Source: a virus
Direction: 5' to 3' (one strand)
DNA length: 64,000 nucleotides
Virus record (IMG/VR): IMGVR_UViG_3300005253_000063
Location: 1-64,000 of that record
A program made the position numbers and the translations under genes. Position 1 is the first letter of the stretch. Every line of letters starts with the position of its first letter. The notes below the pieces were generated by a model. The model saw only the letters and a list, made by a program, of their open reading frames with translations, searched no databases and was not told the origin of the DNA. Positions 1 to 8,136 of this stretch are shown in pieces.

Positions 1-124
1 CAGAACGCGATCGGTTGTGTAGGGTGACCTTGGATCGGCAAGACGAACCAGTGGGGCTCGTCCGGGATCAATTCGGCACAGTATTCGCACCACTCAACGG
101 ATTCTATGCGGGTGCGCGTGCCGC

Positions 125-391
125 TCACGCTACAAGTCTCCTCACCGCGTCCTGCGCGAGCAGTCTGCGCCGCGCCTCTTCGTCAGTGTTGGGTCTGAGG
201 ATGCGCGCCGTCCGTGAGGTTATGCCGGTCGAGTCGATCGACACGTGCTTCGCCGCGAGGTATCCGTCCTTGTGGAGGGTCCAGAACACCTCTTCAACGT
301 CGGTGTGTCTGAGCGCTTCGCAGCCGTCCTTCCACCCTGCGATCTCTTCGAGGAAGCACGCGCCGCAGCAGGTTACGGTCCACTCGGTCAT
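125..391 (-). CDS. Hypothetical protein with C-terminal ARRRL/DAVRRL motif
   Basis: ATG at 391 overlaps stop of upstream ORF; part of a coupled minus-strand gene run. Confidence 0.6.
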   Translation of the reverse strand: MTEWTVTCCGACFLEEIAGWKDGCEALRHTDVEEVFWTLHKDGYLAAKHVSIDSTGITSRTARILRPNTDEEARRRLLAQDAVRRLVA

Positions 392-621
392 ACCGGGCCC
401 CACTCGTAGTCGGGGTGTCCGCCGTCGTCGCGGCTCCAGTCGGGCGCGACGGTGATGACATTCTGCGGTTCCAGCTCACGGTGCCAGGCGCAAGAGAAGT
501 ATGGCTCCTTAAACCGGCCGCCATGATAATACGAGACGCCAGACCCGCATCGGTGGTGTCCGCACCAGAACCTCGCGCCGAGTCGCGCCGCCGCTTCGAG
601 CGCTTGCGCTGCTTCGGTCAC
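388..621 (-). CDS. Hypothetical Cys/His-rich protein
   Basis: 4-bp overlaps with both neighbours. Confidence 0.55.
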   Translation of the reverse strand: MTEAAQALEAAARLGARFWCGHHRCGSGVSYYHGGRFKEPYFSCAWHRELEPQNVITVAPDWSRDDGGHPDYEWGPV

Positions 622-974
622 GACGCGATGTCCACGATCTCTCCGCGCAGCGCGCCGAGCATCTGCCGCTTCTCCTTTTCGATCTTGCCGAGGTCGATGT
701 CGAAGTATTCGGCCAACAGCTTCTCGACGCCGCGGTGGTCCGGGTAGTAGCCCTCTTCGCGCAGCTCAACGTTCGCGTCACACTCGGGACATTCTTCGCG
801 ACGTAGGCTCACGCGGCTGGGATCGATCTCCCCGCAGTCGAGACAGATGTACACCTCGGACAGGTAGTGGCAACGACTGAGGCCCTGTGCCGACAGCCAG
901 CTGAGAAACTCACCGATCGCTTGGCTGTGGGCCTTGACCGTTTCCAGCTTGTCGTGCTCGGGATAGTTGCTCAT
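618..974 (-). CDS. Hypothetical protein with zinc-ribbon (CxxC...CxxC) insertion
   Basis: MSNYPEHDKL...SQAIGEFLSWL; CLDCG and CPECD; coupled overlaps. Confidence 0.7.
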   Translation of the reverse strand: MSNYPEHDKLETVKAHSQAIGEFLSWLSAQGLSRCHYLSEVYICLDCGEIDPSRVSLRREECPECDANVELREEGYYPDHRGVEKLLAEYFDIDLGKIEKEKRQMLGALRGEIVDIAS

Positions 975-1150
975 GCTCTCACACTCATCAGTCGATGGAG
1001 GGTGCACTCGTCATTGATGCAGTAGACGCGCATCGCGCCAGTCCAGATGTAGTCGACGTACAACAACCTGCCGCACCCGTGGCAGTTGGGTTCTTCTCCG
1101 AGGCGGACGCGCGTCTCTAACTCCTCGACAGGTACGCAGTGCGGCTTCAC
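971..1150 (-). CDS. Small zinc-ribbon protein, paralog family A
   Basis: ETRVRLGEEPNCHGCGRLL...C..C; GTG start overlaps upstream stop; similar to 5500-5703 and 5957-6124. Confidence 0.6.
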   Translation of the reverse strand: MKPHCVPVEELETRVRLGEEPNCHGCGRLLYVDYIWTGAMRVYCINDECTLHRLMSVRA

Positions 1151-1383
1151 TCGTGCTCCAGCCGGCGTCGCGCGTTCTCGCACAGGAGGAACTTACGCAC
1201 CTCCTCGATCGGACACGTCAGTTGATATTTGTACTGATGTCTCCCGTTGCCCTGTTCCAGTGAGTCGAGGATGTAGCGTCGGTAGGGTTTGTTGTCGGTG
1301 AGGTAGTCCGCGACGGTATCGAATGGCAAGCCGGTGCCCTTCCGCACGCCATTGATTAGAGAGTTCCAGGTCCAAAACTTCAT
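1147..1383 (-). CDS. Hypothetical protein ending NARRRLEHE
   Basis: ATG at 1383 overlaps upstream stop. Confidence 0.6.
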   Translation of the reverse strand: MKFWTWNSLINGVRKGTGLPFDTVADYLTDNKPYRRYILDSLEQGNGRHQYKYQLTCPIEEVRKFLLCENARRRLEHE

Positions 1384-1835
1384 CCGACCCGTTCCCCTAG
1401 CCTGCGTCGCGCGTCGGCGGCGGTCGTGCACTGCAAGCACAGGAGCCTCTTGAACCGCCAGTGGTACTTGCCGTGGTCCGCCGCGTCGGTTTCGCAATCG
1501 GCGCACCACGGTTCCGCGCCGGACGGTGTGACTTCGAGGTCTTCGTCGATGAGCAGCTCGAACCCGGCTAGGTCCTGGGACTTGAACTGGCTCTGGTTCA
1601 GGCAGCAGATCAGTAGGTCTTTAGATGGTCGCCCTGTGAACTCGAACGATGCGACGTCGAAACGTATAGGGAACTCGCTGTCGCGCAGGCCCACGTCGGC
1701 GCGCGTGAGCTTGATCGTCTCGCGCAGGACGCAGACGAGATGTTCCCGCGTTGTAGCGTAGAAGCAGATTGGTCCGAAGTGGCCATACGCTTCGAGGATC
1801 GATTCCTGCCCCGTCCGCCCTTGCCAGCCGATCAT
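1380..1835 (-). CDS. Hypothetical protein with CxxC pairs, ending ADARRRLGERVG
   Basis: 151-aa ORF with coupled overlaps. Confidence 0.6.
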   Translation of the reverse strand: MIGWQGRTGQESILEAYGHFGPICFYATTREHLVCVLRETIKLTRADVGLRDSEFPIRFDVASFEFTGRPSKDLLICCLNQSQFKSQDLAGFELLIDEDLEVTPSGAEPWCADCETDAADHGKYHWRFKRLLCLQCTTAADARRRLGERVG

Positions 1836-2185
1836 TCTTCGTCCTTGGCGCTGAGCCGGCTACGACCGTCGCACACGAGCGCGTCGAGCGCTGCGTGGCA
1901 CACGGACCTGCGACACTCGTTGAGCGGTCCGTCGTGGTACGCGCGGTGCACTGTCTGCCGCATCCAGTCAATCAGGTCCAGGAGGTCGAGGTCTTTCTTC
2001 TCGAAGTATGAGGCCGTCGCCGCGTCTGCTTCGAGCGCGGTCAGACAAGCGTGTAGGCGGGTACATGCGTGTGTGTTCCCGAGCAGCGCACCACTAGTCA
2101 CGCCGCGGATCTTCACCAGCTGCGAGAGCGCAAGCCGTGCGAGGTGCAGGCGCGTCGTCTCGATCGCGGGTTCGTCGTTCGCCAA
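1832..2185 (-). CDS. Hypothetical protein
   Basis: TTG start preceded by AGGAGG. Confidence 0.55.
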   Translation of the reverse strand: MANDEPAIETTRLHLARLALSQLVKIRGVTSGALLGNTHACTRLHACLTALEADAATASYFEKKDLDLLDLIDWMRQTVHRAYHDGPLNECRRSVCHAALDALVCDGRSRLSAKDEE

Positions 2186-2187
2186 GG

Positions 2188-2214
2188 TCAGCCTCCTACC
2201 TATTGACTTGATCG
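2188..2214 (-). promoter_or_regulatory. 27-bp repeated leader element, copy 1 (CGATCAAGTCAATAGGTAGGAGGCTGA)
   Basis: 26/27 identical to 7669-7695; contains SD AGGAGG just before a start codon. Confidence 0.6.
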
Positions 2215-2472
2215 CGCATCGTCGCTTTCGATAGCTCGTGCGAGGCAGAGCATGCAGACCTCCGTTGGCGCGTGCGATCGACCGTCGTACCACGTACCGC
2301 AGAGCGACATCTTCTCTTTGTCTGGAGTGCCCCCATAGATACGTTTGAAGAGTTCGCGCTTCGCAGCAGCCGCGTCTGTGAAGTAGTGGGTCCGACCAGT
2401 GTGCGACGCGATCCAGTTTGGGTCGCCGAGCACGGCGCGCGCGAGGACCGCCTGCGCTCTAGTCGTTGGCAC
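2200..2472 (-). CDS. Hypothetical protein
   Basis: ORF within the minus-strand run. Confidence 0.5.
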   Translation of the reverse strand: MPTTRAQAVLARAVLGDPNWIASHTGRTHYFTDAAAAKRELFKRIYGGTPDKEKMSLCGTWYDGRSHAPTEVCMLCLARAIESDDARSSQ

Positions 2473-2492
2473 GCAACCTCTTGGCCACGTCG

Positions 2493-2726
2493 TCAGTTAC
2501 CGAGTCGCGTCCTTGCATCCCACGCTTGGATGATGGGTGCGAACTCTTCGATCGGGATCTTCAGCCGCCAGAGCTTCATTGGTGTTTCAGGTAAGCGGTC
2601 GTCGACGTACGTGCGTCTGTTCTCGCGCCACACGAAGAACGCGTCGAGGTGCCCGTACACCACGCCGGTCTTTTCCTCGACGTAGTAGAGGAAGTTGTGC
2701 CACGAGTTGAAGGTGGGTTCGCTCAC
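2493..2726 (-). CDS. Hypothetical protein ending WDARTRLGN
   Basis: GTGA overlap with upstream ORF. Confidence 0.6.
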   Translation of the reverse strand: MSEPTFNSWHNFLYYVEEKTGVVYGHLDAFFVWRENRRTYVDDRLPETPMKLWRLKIPIEEFAPIIQAWDARTRLGN

Positions 2727-3001
2727 GTGTCCAATCGCCTTCGCGCGTCAGACGCCTTCAGGTGGTCGACGAGCTTGTCCCAATCGATGTTTGCGAACAT
2801 GTAGTCGTCAACGTCCTCGCGGGTTGGAGCGGGCAGCACGTGATGCTCGACCAGGATGTCGATCCACTCGTGGTCGGTCTTCGTCCACGAACGCGCGCCG
2901 AGGTCCATCTCCAAGAGTACGGTCTGGAGGCAGGGCAGACAAATCAGAGTTGGGGCGCACCCTGCGACTCGGTCGATGGTATTACGGATCTCGGGCCTCA
3001 C
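2723..3001 (-). CDS. Hypothetical protein ending SDARRRLDT
   Basis: GTG start overlaps upstream stop. Confidence 0.6.
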   Translation of the reverse strand: MRPEIRNTIDRVAGCAPTLICLPCLQTVLLEMDLGARSWTKTDHEWIDILVEHHVLPAPTREDVDDYMFANIDWDKLVDHLKASDARRRLDT

Positions 3002-3261
3002 GTGGGCAGCTTTCCGATCCGCGCGCACCGGCGGCAGACCTTTTCGACGTTAGCCGTTTTGCGTACGAAGCCGTACATGCCGTTTATTTGATGCACTGGG
3101 GTTCCGCAGATCGCTTTGGTGCGGTGACCGTGATCGAACCAATCCAGACTATGTGAGACGCAGAGCGCGTGAATCGTGCCGTTCCAGTTGAGCCGCCACG
3201 AGCCGCGCACTCCGCCGAGGCGGTAGATCGCTTCAAGCTCTTGCGGTGTGGGGAGGCTCAC
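2998..3261 (-). CDS. Hypothetical Cys/His protein
   Basis: GTG start overlaps upstream stop. Confidence 0.5.
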   Translation of the reverse strand: MSLPTPQELEAIYRLGGVRGSWRLNWNGTIHALCVSHSLDWFDHGHRTKAICGTPVHQINGMYGFVRKTANVEKVCRRCARIGKLPT

Positions 3262-3407
3262 TTCTGGCTCCAGCGTCGGCCGGTCCAGTAGGAGATTGTC
3301 CACACTGCGATGGTCCAGACGAACAAACCCCAATGGCCGCGCGCTGCGAAGGCGCCGAGTACGCCCGCCCACCCGAGGTGGATGGTTGCGAGCACTGCGT
3401 CGATCAC
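3258..3407 (-). CDS. Small membrane protein (49 aa, not in ORF track)
   Basis: VIDAVLATIHLGWAGVLGAFAARGHWGLFVWTIAVWTISYW...; fills the gap with 4-bp overlaps on both sides. Confidence 0.5.
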   Translation of the reverse strand: MIDAVLATIHLGWAGVLGAFAARGHWGLFVWTIAVWTISYWTGRRWSQK

Positions 3408-3709
3408 GACTTCCGCTTCGCTTTCAACCGCTCATCCGCGTCGGCCGCGAGGATTTCGTCCTTGAACACACTCTCGATCGCATCGACGTAGTTGTTCTTG
3501 AATTCGAAGTCGTAGGAGCTGTGGTCCGTGCCCAGCTTCATCAGCATCGTAACGACGGTCTTCCGTTCTTCGAGGAGGCGATCGAGGGTCGCGATCGTGG
3601 ACTCGTCGCTGCGTCGTACGCTACCGAGCTTCCGGCTGACCGTTCGCGCGAGCTGCGCGGCTGCCGTGATCTGCTCCAGGACATCGATCGCGTCGGTCTG
3701 CTTCGCCAT
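3404..3709 (-). CDS. Hypothetical helical protein ending ADADERLKAKRKS
   Basis: ATG at 3709, TGATG coupling. Confidence 0.6.
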   Translation of the reverse strand: MAKQTDAIDVLEQITAAAQLARTVSRKLGSVRRSDESTIATLDRLLEERKTVVTMLMKLGTDHSSYDFEFKNNYVDAIESVFKDEILAADADERLKAKRKS

Positions 3710-4125
3710 CAGCTGTCCTTGTTCTGGAGCCGCTCGCGGGCATCCTGCGCACGATAGTCTTCTTCGTTCGGCACGGAGTAGGTCATTGGTTTCACAAACT
3801 CGTCTGGCTTCACGCAGCGAGAGCCGCCGTACTCGGAGTCGAAGCCGCCCGTTACGATCACGTGGCGGATTTCGAGTAGGACACTTCGTTGGCGCCAGAC
3901 CACCGCGATACGCCCGGCCTTGGTTTGGAAGCACTGTCCTGCAGGAAGCTCGCCGACCGGAACCCACTCGCACTGACAAACGAGCTTCTCTGGTTCGGGT
4001 CCAAGTCGGTTGACACAGTTCTCGATGCCGCAACCACACTTCCCGCAGCCAGGGCACGGACAACCGTAGGGTTCCCAGCGACCTGTGACGCGCCGGTTGT
4101 CAGACAACAACGTTGGTCTTTCCAT
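3709..4125 (-). CDS. Hypothetical Cys-rich protein ending QDARERLQNKDS
   Basis: ATG at 4125, TGATG coupling. Confidence 0.55.
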   Translation of the reverse strand: MERPTLLSDNRRVTGRWEPYGCPCPGCGKCGCGIENCVNRLGPEPEKLVCQCEWVPVGELPAGQCFQTKAGRIAVVWRQRSVLLEIRHVIVTGGFDSEYGGSRCVKPDEFVKPMTYSVPNEEDYRAQDARERLQNKDS

Positions 4126-4574
4126 CAACTGCTCCGCGTACGCCGCAGGTCGTCGAGGATCTCTTGCGTGACCTCGGCGATGTCTGGTTGACCGTCCTGC
4201 CACTCGTTGTAGGCAAGGCGCATCGCCGCGCCCTCCTTGCCAAGGGGACCCAGTTCGGGGTGGTCCTTCATCTTGTACTCTCCCTCGGCGTTCCAGTACA
4301 ACTCGACGAACTCGCGCTTGGACTCCAGCATCCGCTCCTTGGTGAGGTCGACGAACATCCGTGAGCCGATGGCGGGGATGTAGCTTGGCGCGCAGCGGTC
4401 GCCCTGCCAGTCGACGTGCGACAATTCGTGTTTACCGTCGACGCTATGAAGGATGAACGGTGTCACGCCGTCGCGACTGTTCCACAGCGTCTCGACGACG
4501 CTGCCGTCCTTCGTTGCATACTTCATCAGGGCGAACGCCTCGCCGTGCAGGTACTTACCCTTATGCAACTTCAT
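4125..4574 (-). CDS. Hypothetical phage protein
   Basis: 149-aa ORF with protein-like composition (WNSRDGVTPF). Confidence 0.7.
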   Translation of the reverse strand: MKLHKGKYLHGEAFALMKYATKDGSVVETLWNSRDGVTPFILHSVDGKHELSHVDWQGDRCAPSYIPAIGSRMFVDLTKERMLESKREFVELYWNAEGEYKMKDHPELGPLGKEGAAMRLAYNEWQDGQPDIAEVTQEILDDLRRTRSS

Positions 4575-4940
4575 CGGGGTCGTCGATCCCTTCCTTGCTG
4601 CTGTCGAACGTTGAGAAGTTGCCGGGCGCGCGGAACCGCGTTACGTGGCAACCGATGCACAGGTCGCCGATCCCTGGTACGTCTTGGTAGTACGCCGCGC
4701 CGACCTGGTTCCCGCAGTCGGCACACGGTTGCGTGGTCACTGGGATGTAAGTCCGTTCGAACAGGTCGGGCTTGCATGGGAAGCGTTCGCCTTCGGCGGT
4801 CGTGATAACCCAGTCGCCGGGGCAGACGATGCGCCCTGCCTCGCCGACGTCGAGCCAACCGTGCACGTGCATCGTCTGCTCGCACCACGCGCAGCTCAAG
4901 GTGGACGCGACGGCTGGGTGGCGGAAGCGTCGAACGACCC
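4561..4940 (-). pseudogene. Probably 5'-truncated phage protein of the CPGDW...PCKPDxF family
   Basis: HGWLD...IVCPGDWVIT...FPCKPDLFERTY; the frame extends upstream as VVRRFRHP into the phosphoesterase 3' end with no good start. Confidence 0.5.
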
Positions 4941-5348
4941 GTGGGAATGACCGTGCAGGTGCCAGCTTCCGTGATGGCTACGATTCCAGGTCTCGAAGGC
5001 GTAGTGGCACAGCACGATATGTTGCTCGTCGACCTTCAGGTCGAAGTAGTCCTTGATCCACTCGAAGCGGTCCCAGCTCGGTCCCTTCATCTGCCGGTCG
5101 TGGTTGCCTCGCACGTAGTAGATGCGACCGTGCATTTGGTTCAGCAGCGCGCGTGTTGCGTCCTTGGGTGCGAACGCCAGGTCGCCCAGGTAGTACACCA
5201 GGTCGTTCGGTGCCACAGCGGCGTTCCAGCGCGACATCATCTCCACGTCCATCTCCTCCACTGTCGCGAACGGCCGCTCCGAATAGCGCCGAATCGCGTC
5301 GTGGTTGAAGTGATGGTCACTCGAAAACCAGCGTTGAGGTTTCGGCAT
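4896..5348 (-). CDS. Calcineurin-like metallophosphoesterase, possibly C-terminally truncated
   Basis: Motifs SDHH, LGD, GNHD, CHY, HGHSH. Confidence 0.88.
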   Translation of the reverse strand: MPKPQRWFSSDHHFNHDAIRRYSERPFATVEEMDVEMMSRWNAAVAPNDLVYYLGDLAFAPKDATRALLNQMHGRIYYVRGNHDRQMKGPSWDRFEWIKDYFDLKVDEQHIVLCHYAFETWNRSHHGSWHLHGHSHGSFDASATQPSRPP

Positions 5349-5503
5349 CAGCTTTCCTTCTTCTCGCCGCGCGGCGGCTCGCCGTCGGCGCCGACGATGA
5401 CGGGCACCGGTCGATGCACCTCGTGGTACCCGACCTGCGCGAGATCCGCCGGGTTGAACTCTTTCCCGCAGACCGCACACTTGATGCCTTCCGGCTTCTT
5501 CAC
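5348..5503 (-). CDS. Small C2H2-like protein
   Basis: CAVCG...HEVH; coupled overlaps. Confidence 0.45.
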   Translation of the reverse strand: MKKPEGIKCAVCGKEFNPADLAQVGYHEVHRPVPVIVGADGEPPRGEKKES

Positions 5504-5703
5504 GGGTAGAGTCCTTCGATGGCCCGAAGGCGGGCGTACAGCCGGTTGCGTGCGTAAGTGTAGACCGGGCAGTTGGGGGTGTTGCAGTCGAAGACCTTCA
5601 GACCGTGGTTCGCGATCCAGAGTCGTAGCAGGTGCCCGCACGCGGGACACTCGACGGACTCGCCCAGACACACCCGCGTCTCGATGGTTGGGTCGAGCCT
5701 CAC
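5500..5703 (-). CDS. Small zinc-ribbon protein, paralog family A
   Basis: ETRVCLGESVECPACGHLL...CNTPNC. Confidence 0.6.
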   Translation of the reverse strand: MRLDPTIETRVCLGESVECPACGHLLRLWIANHGLKVFDCNTPNCPVYTYARNRLYARLRAIEGLYP

Positions 5704-5960
5704 GCGGCGAGCCTCCGTTCGGCGTCCGTGGCTACGAGCCGGTCGAGCCATGCGCGCTCTTCGCTCACGTATGCTCTGTACTCATAGCGTCGGAACCCAT
5801 GTTGGCCGCTGTACCTGATGCGCCTCTCGACCTCTTCGGCTTGGACGGCATCGTCGAGCGCGCGGTTCAAGCTGTTGAACGTTGCGTAGCATGGGGGGAT
5901 GTCGGCCTCGCCCAGACACACCCGCAACAGCTCTTCGCCAGTCCGCCACCAGCCGGTCAT
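5700..5960 (-). CDS. Hypothetical protein ending TDAERRLAA
   Basis: ATG at 5960 overlaps upstream stop. Confidence 0.55.
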   Translation of the reverse strand: MTGWWRTGEELLRVCLGEADIPPCYATFNSLNRALDDAVQAEEVERRIRYSGQHGFRRYEYRAYVSEERAWLDRLVATDAERRLAA

Positions 5961-6124
5961 CGACTGTGCGCCTTGACGAAGGTCACACACCGGTTCTCGC
6001 AGTCTACGATGTTAGCGAACCGCCCCGTCCACCCGACCTTCCCGACCTTGAGGACGCGACCGCAGCTGCACTTGAGCCTCTCGCCCAAGCGGATCCGCGC
6101 CTCGGTCTCGGGAGTGAGCTTCAC
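5957..6124 (-). CDS. Small zinc-ribbon protein, paralog family A
   Basis: EARIRLGERLKCSCGRVL...CENRC. Confidence 0.55.
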   Translation of the reverse strand: MKLTPETEARIRLGERLKCSCGRVLKVGKVGWTGRFANIVDCENRCVTFVKAHSR

Positions 6125-6141
6125 GCGGAGCGCCCCGTTCG

Positions 6142-6285
6142 TGGAGTGAGCGGGACTCGAACCCGCATCAGGTACCGTCCCTCCGACCAACTACGCAAAA
6201 CCCCTTCTTTCGAGAGGGGACAACGCTTGGTATCGGCTTGGGTACCACGGTCTTTCGACCGGCTTGTCCGTTCGGCCATCACCCC
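6142..6285 (-). ncRNA. tRNA-like RNA (144 nt) with acceptor stem, D-loop and T-arm but no canonical anticodon loop
   Basis: GGGGTGA/TCACTCC-A acceptor (G3-U70); TGGCCGAACGG D-region; perfect T-arm GCGGG-TTCGAGT-CCCGC; interior is a CGGTC-GAAA-GACCG hairpin plus a long arm closed by GGTACC/GGTACC. Confidence 0.75.
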
Positions 6286-6497
6286 TTCTTGCCCTCGAAC
6301 TTCGCGACGTGCTCCTGTTCCCGTGCGGCTTCGACGAACGCGGTCCCGCCGGCATTGTGCCCGCGTCGATGCGCGAACGGCACCCACTTCGTCCAGAGCT
6401 GGGTACGCTTGCCTCGCACCTCGCGGCACACGGAGTAGCGAACGCCATCCGGCGTTCGACTGGTCTCGCAGATGACGATGCGTTCGGGGACACTCAT
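6279..6497 (-). CDS. Hypothetical protein
   Basis: ORF whose stop codon lies in the 5' end of the tRNA-like RNA. Confidence 0.5.
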   Translation of the reverse strand: MSVPERIVICETSRTPDGVRYSVCREVRGKRTQLWTKWVPFAHRRGHNAGGTAFVEAAREQEHVAKFEGKKG

Positions 6498-6501
6498 CAG
6501 C

Positions 6502-6696
6502 TCAGCTCAGCTCCCCTTCCGCTCCCGGGCGGCGGACTTCTTCGGCATCGGCATCTTCCTTGCCCGGCACCATCTGAAAGCCACCGTAGCAGCAGGTATC
6601 ATCGCCACAGTGATAGTGGTCGCACTTTGGGCACTCCGTGGGCCAGCCGTCGAACTCGAACCCGTGAGCGCACTGAGTGCATTCGAACCGTGTCAC
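6502..6696 (-). CDS. Small Cys-rich zinc-ribbon protein
   Basis: CTQC...CPKC; SD GGAG upstream. Confidence 0.55.
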   Translation of the reverse strand: MTRFECTQCAHGFEFDGWPTECPKCDHYHCGDDTCCYGGFQMVPGKEDADAEEVRRPGAEGELS

Positions 6697-6724
6697 CTAC
6701 TTCTCCCTTTCGACGTTCACCGGG

Positions 6725-7000
6725 TCAGCTCCCTGCCTGTTCGCTCGGGGAGTCCTCGGGCTTCGATGCGGCCGTTGCCTCCGGCAGCCCGTGCAGTCGC
6801 GCCCGCAACGTCGCGACCATGTACTCGGCGCGGTTGACGGCGTTCTTCTTGATGCGGTGCAGGACGTTCTGGTCCCGCCCCGCGCTATGCGGGTACTGCT
6901 TGAACGTCTCGAACTCCACGTGAGCCCGGCGCAGCTTGCGCCCCCAGACATTCAGTCTCCAACCCAGCCACCACTCGCGTAGAGTGCGCGTGCCCGACAC
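6725..7000 (-). CDS. Hypothetical protein, paralog of 11283-11522
   Basis: WWLGWRLNVWGRKLRRAHVEFETFK versus WWRLWRLKAWERHLRAAQIRIDVFK. Confidence 0.6.
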   Translation of the reverse strand: MSGTRTLREWWLGWRLNVWGRKLRRAHVEFETFKQYPHSAGRDQNVLHRIKKNAVNRAEYMVATLRARLHGLPEATAASKPEDSPSEQAGS

Positions 7001-7003
7001 CGG

Positions 7004-7363
7004 TTAGCTCCCCGCCGTCGGTTGGCGCTGGCGTTCGGAGCGCTCCGCTTCTGCGCTCGGGTCGAACCACTTGTCCTCGATGATATGCCCGATGCACTGG
7101 ATCCGTGTCCCGTCGTATCCGATGCGCACGAACCGGCCGGGCAGCTGCTCCCAGCTCTCGACTCCGCACGTATAGAGGACGCGTTTGATGAAGTGCGGGA
7201 GTGACGCGACCGGTTCGTCCGTCGCATCCCAATGGTCACCGCCGAAGCTGCCGCCGGTGCCTTCCCAGCTCAGGTGGAGCCAGCAATGCAGACCGCGGCC
7301 CTCCTGCGCGCCCAGCCCTGTGCTGACGACCTTCGCGTTGGTCTGTCGTAGTGCTCCCGGCAT
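7004..7363 (-). CDS. Hypothetical phage protein
   Basis: GVESWEQLPGRFVR...IGHIIEDKWFDP; SD GGAGG. Confidence 0.7.
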   Translation of the reverse strand: MPGALRQTNAKVVSTGLGAQEGRGLHCWLHLSWEGTGGSFGGDHWDATDEPVASLPHFIKRVLYTCGVESWEQLPGRFVRIGYDGTRIQCIGHIIEDKWFDPSAEAERSERQRQPTAGS

Positions 7364-7366
7364 CGG

Positions 7367-7666
7367 TCAGCCTCCCTTCTTGCTCAGCGCGTCGGATGCC
7401 TCGGCCGCCTTTGCATAGGTCGCATCGCTCGTGTACGACAGCTCTCCGAAGCCGGAGACGCTGTAGCCGATGAGCTGGGCGAACTGCTCGCGATCTTCGC
7501 CCGACACGCCGGGCAGGACCGCGAGCTGGTTCATATCGATGCCCCCGGCGTTGAGCAGGTAGCGCACCAGGGCGTTCGGACGAAACCGGTGGACGCCATT
7601 GGGGTCCACTTCGACCTCCTGCATCGGTTGCGGACGGTCGTACTTCTCGATGGTGTTATCGGACAT
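7367..7666 (-). CDS. Hypothetical phage protein
   Basis: RFRPNALVRYLL...QFAQLIGYSVSGFGELSY; ATG after AGGAGG. Confidence 0.7.
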   Translation of the reverse strand: MSDNTIEKYDRPQPMQEVEVDPNGVHRFRPNALVRYLLNAGGIDMNQLAVLPGVSGEDREQFAQLIGYSVSGFGELSYTSDATYAKAAEASDALSKKGG

Positions 7667-7668
7667 GT

Positions 7669-7695
7669 TCAGCCTCCTGCCTATTGACTTGATCG
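7669..7695 (-). promoter_or_regulatory. 27-bp repeated leader element, copy 2
   Basis: 26/27 identical to 2188-2214. Confidence 0.6.
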
Positions 7696-7707
7696 TCTTG
7701 GAGCGGC

Positions 7708-8136
7708 TTACGCGCTGGGCTCGCGATCGATCGCCTGCCGTTCGCGCCCGCCCCGGACGACCCAGGCGATGAGGTCTTCGAGGCTGCCCGTCCGATAGAC
7801 CCCGTCCGGCCAATAGAAGGCGCAAGTGTCCGGCCCAACTTCGAAGTGGCGGGGGTTCGGCGAATAGATCCCGAGGGGCTTCCCGAACGCGAGCGCCATG
7901 CCCAGCTCGGCGTGCGTCCCGCGCCCTCCGGGGAGCAGCACGATGACTGCATCGGCCCGCTCCACTCCGTTCATCTCTCTGTCCGCGACCTCTCCGATGC
8001 GCGCCGGCGACGTGCCCTTGACCGAGCCATGCGTCGTCCAATCGTAGGTCAGGGTGGCGAACGGAGCGAGCCGGTCGCGGACCCAGTTGTGCTGCTCATG
8101 GTTTTCGAGCTTCGCTGCGATGTAGAGCTTGATCAT
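7708..8136 (-). CDS. Nucleoside 2-deoxyribosyltransferase-like protein
   Basis: KLYIAA...EMNGVERADAVIVLLPGGRGTHAELGMALAFGKP matches the NDT/MilB/Rcl family pattern. Confidence 0.82.
   Translation of the reverse strand: MIKLYIAAKLENHEQHNWVRDRLAPFATLTYDWTTHGSVKGTSPARIGEVADREMNGVERADAVIVLLPGGRGTHAELGMALAFGKPLGIYSPNPRHFEVGPDTCAFYWPDGVYRTGSLEDLIAWVVRGGRERQAIDREPSA

Noticed and set aside
6142-6285. Canonical tRNA or full tmRNA call
   Set aside because: No 7-nt anticodon loop with U33; far too short for tmRNA and no tag reading frame evident; reported as tRNA-like ncRNA instead
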